Below are positions 60,960 to 64,000 of a stretch of DNA of 64,000 nucleotides, in pieces. Below the pieces are notes generated by a model. It searched no databases and had not been told where the DNA came from. It saw nothing but the letters and a program-made list of their open reading frames with translations. Source of the stretch: Rebecca billardiae RCC1528 (Eukaryota; Protista; Haptophyta); the NCBI GenBank assembly GCA_965240325.2, contig OZ251238.1:1550001-1614000 (forward strand), given 5' to 3'. Position 1 is the first letter of the stretch. The number at the start of each line of letters is the position of its first letter. Both the position numbers and the translations under genes were made by a program.

Positions 60960-63670
60960 ATCTGACTCCGGTGAGCAGCAGCTGCTGAATGCCCAGCATA
61001 CGCCCTTGCTGCCCGTGCGCAGGAGGCTGAGCCGTGCGGTGCGTGATGGCTGGCGGCCCGCGACTGGCGTCGCGCTCGGCGTACGTGAGGCGAGTCGGCG
61101 GGCAGCCTGCGCACCACGGGTTGGCGCGCGGCACTGGCGTGCTACACCGAGACGAGACGACACATGCGCGCCCACGCCCGCGCTGCCTGCAGCACCGGCC
61201 GGATGCACCGCTGGTGCGTTGCCACACTCAACGGCAGCAGCTGCCGGCGGTCCGGTGCGGGATGCCACGTGCGCGCGCGCGCGCTCGGCGCGGCGGCTGT
61301 GGCGGGCCGGCGGAGGGCGCAGGAGTGCGCGATGGAATGACTGCAATGCTCCCACACCACTGCGCGGGGCCGCGTGTGCGCGCTCGCGCGCAGCGCGCTC
61401 TCTCCTCGTCAGCGTGCGCACTGCTCGGTGGGCGTGCGGTCGTGCCCGAGGTGCAGCGCTTGCGTTGGGCGCGGCGGCGCGGGCGGGTGCGCACCGGGCG
61501 CCGCGTGCGGTATGCGTGCGCGGAGGCCCTCGTGCCCGCGCGACGGCGCGCGCGGTCGACCTGGCATCGCGGGAAGAGGCATGGCTCCTGACGATGCAGT
61601 CTCGCTGCGAGGCGGCGGGCGCTGCCATCGTCCTGCTCTGCGCCTTTTTCCTTCCCGCGCATTTCGCGACGCTCCGTTTTGTTTTTGGTTTTCTTTCTCG
61701 CCGGCGCGGTCCGCTGTCCACGATGGCCGACCAGCCTTTCCGCACGGGCGCACGAGCACGTCGCCTCGCCGCAGCGACGGGCGCGGCAAGAGGGCGCGAG
61801 GGCGCGCTGCGCGGCGGGCACGCGGCGTGCAACGCGTATGCATCGTGTCCAGCTCACCGCGAGGTGGCTCGCACGCTGCCGTTGCGAAGGCGCGGCCGCG
61901 GCGACGGCTCGCGGTCGGCATTGCGCTCGCGTGATGCGGCCGCGCGTGAAGCGGGCCGGCGCGCGGCCGGCGCCCCACGGGCTGGCGGGGAGCGCCGGGT
62001 AACACCCACCTGGCCCGTGTCGCGCACGCGCGCGCGCGCGCTGCCCACCGCGCCGGCCAGGGGCGCGGTGGGAATGTTGCCACGCGCGACGGCCCGGGGG
62101 ACGGTCGGGACTGGCCGCCCGCCAGTCGCGCGCGCGCGCGCGCGCCCGGCGCGCGGCGCGCGAGCGGAGTGCGCGTGCGTGCGCGAATGGCCGATGGCGC
62201 TGCGCCCGCGCCACTGCGCGGGGCTGCGTGCGCGTACCCGCGCGCGGCCTGCTCCCCTGTGGACGGCGTGTGCACGCACGGCTCTGCATGCGGCCGCCGT
62301 GGCGCGGCGCCCGCTGCCCGGGGACGGTGGCGCGGGCGGGTGCGCGCCGGGCGCCGGGTGACGCGTCTTCGCTGCGGCGCGCGCCTCCTCGGCCCGTGCG
62401 CGACCGCGCGCGCCTGCCGTTGCGCGAGCGGGCGCGGGCGGAGCGGCGAAGGCGCCGCTCGCGCCCGGAGGCGATGCCGCCATCGCCCATCGCTCTTCCG
62501 TACCGGGCTTGGCGGCGCTGACGAAACGAATCCGTGGTCGTCTGGGCTTCCTTTCCGCGGAGCAGCCAGCATGGCTGCCGAGGCGGCGGTTGGCACGTTG
62601 CTTTTCGTCGTTGGCGCTCACGGCACGCTCACGGCGGCGCGGCGGCGTGCGGCGCGAGCGCGTGCTCGCACAGCAGGCACGTCGTGCGCCACACCGCTGC
62701 GCAAGGCAGCGAGTGCCGCCGCGTGCAGCTGCGCCGCATCAGAGAGCGCAGCCGCCAGGCGCGCGGCCCGCTGTGGAACGGCTTCCTGCCCGCCGCCGGC
62801 GCGCGCCGACGGCGAGCACGCAGGGCTCGGCGCGTGCGCGCCCTCCGGTGCCAGACGCGAAGGCATGCGTCTAGGAGGCATACGCCACACGGCCAGCCCC
62901 TGTGCCACCGCGCCAGCGTGAGACTCAGCGCCGGTGCTCGGTCTGGCCGGCAGCCCCCGGCCGCCCTTAGCGTGCAGTCGGACGGCCTCGGGGGATGGCG
63001 GGTTGGGCGGCGGACGAGCGACGACGGGCGCCTACTGGCGAGCCTTGGCCGCGTCATGCGCGCGTCGTCAAGCCAAGCAGCCATTGCCCGCGCCCGCGCC
63101 CGCCGCCGCCATGTGTAGTCTCGGTTGCCGCGCGCGGCCTGCGCCGAGTGCTCCGACCGCACGGCAGCTGCTGGCCTGGCTGGCGAGGTGCGATGAACCG
63201 CGGCGCAGCACGCGGCGTTCAAGCCGAGCGCGAGGCGTGGAGCCCAACGGGCTGCCCGCACGAGGGCGCACGCGACGACCGCGAGCCAGCCTCGGGCTGC
63301 GGCTGCAGCGCCGAGGCCAGTGCGTCCGGAGCCGTGCCGGCTGCGCCGAGCGCTTGCCACACCGCGTTGCCTGGCGCGCCCGCGCCCCGTGCGGCTCGGC
63401 TGGGCTCGCCGAACCTCGGCACAGCACGCGGCGCAGCGGCCGGCTGCGAGGAGTGACGCTCCGCGACTGTGCCCGCGCGGGCCCGCACCGACTGCCAGCG
63501 CCCCACGGCCGGGCTGTCGCGGCCGTACCGACGCTGGGCCCGGGGCAGCGCGCGCTGCCGTCGCGGGCTGTCCATATCGCGCCCGCGCGGGCGCGACGGC
63601 AGCGCGTGGGGTGGGCAGCGAGCCAGCCGAGCGAGCGCAGCGCATGCTCGGTCGGCGGCGTGAGCGCGTC
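60960..63670 (+). repeat. ~2.7-kb direct duplication, copy 2
   Basis: Diverged colinear copy of 56488-59130 with many substitutions and small indels. Confidence 0.9.
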
Positions 63671-63725
63671 GCGGCCGTGGCTGTCGGCACGCATCTGCCC
63701 AGGCGCCGGACTCGGGGGCCTGCTG

Positions 63726-64000
63726 CAGACCTGCTGGACGCTGGTGGCCAGGAGATTCCGGGGCCAAAGCGCGCAGTCGTCCTTCGCGGTCATCATCATG
63801 TCGTCGTCATTGCGTGACGTGAACGAGCAGGCGTGGCTCACGCTGGAGCTGGTGAGGAGCCTGGGTAACGGGGACAGTCTCGCGCTCGAGAGCGTCGGTG
63901 AAGTCATGGCGTGGCCCGGGATGCGCTCGGCCTCGGACCTGTCCACGCGGCTCGAGGCAGGCACCCTGTATGCCAAGGCGAAGATTGACGCCGCGATCAG
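63726..64000 (+). other. Possible coding segment running off the window end
   Basis: Open frame QTCWTLVARRFRGQSAQSSFAVIIMSSSLRDVNEQAWLTLELVRSLGNGDSLALESVGEVMAW...LYAKAKIDAAI has protein-like composition and begins just after the duplicated block ends. No family recognised. Confidence 0.3.

Noticed and set aside
1-64000. rRNA, tRNA, intact transposase/RT genes or prokaryotic operons
   Set aside because: No recognisable signatures by eye. An Infernal/tRNAscan run would be needed to exclude small RNAs.

Overview
Eukaryotic nuclear DNA of extremely high GC content, with short GT/GC-AG introns rich in (GC)n and bipartite plastid-targeting presequences. This fits a secondary-plastid alga, most plausibly a haptophyte such as Pavlovales/Diacronema (inference only). 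Most supplied ORFs are GC-driven shadow frames. Seven genes can be supported. (1) A non-canonical poly(A)/poly(U) nucleotidyltransferase. (2) Ycf48/HCF136. (3) A small plastid-targeted single-TM protein divergent from Ycf48. (4) A ~2450-aa six-exon ARM-like/IQ-repeat protein. (5) NAT10/Kre33, starting with a 9-nt exon and a GC-AG intron. (6) A two-exon ~1530-aa fusion of a XopQ/HopQ1-like nucleoside-hydrolase domain, a membrane region and a TIR-like domain that keeps its catalytic Glu; this is the best candidate for an undescribed signalling/immunity system. (7) A ~5875-aa polycystin-1-like receptor with an RCC1 propeller, a ~2200-aa Ser-Pro3 stalk, Ig-like/IPT/REJ/GPS domains, TM helices, an IQ motif and EF-hands; its five introns all fall at the same codon position of different RCC1 repeats. 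22.5-29.6 kb is decayed or repeat-derived. 48.6-63.7 kb is a gene-free mosaic of ~195-210-bp satellites and multi-kb shuffled duplications. All domain calls come from motif recognition by eye; no searches were run.
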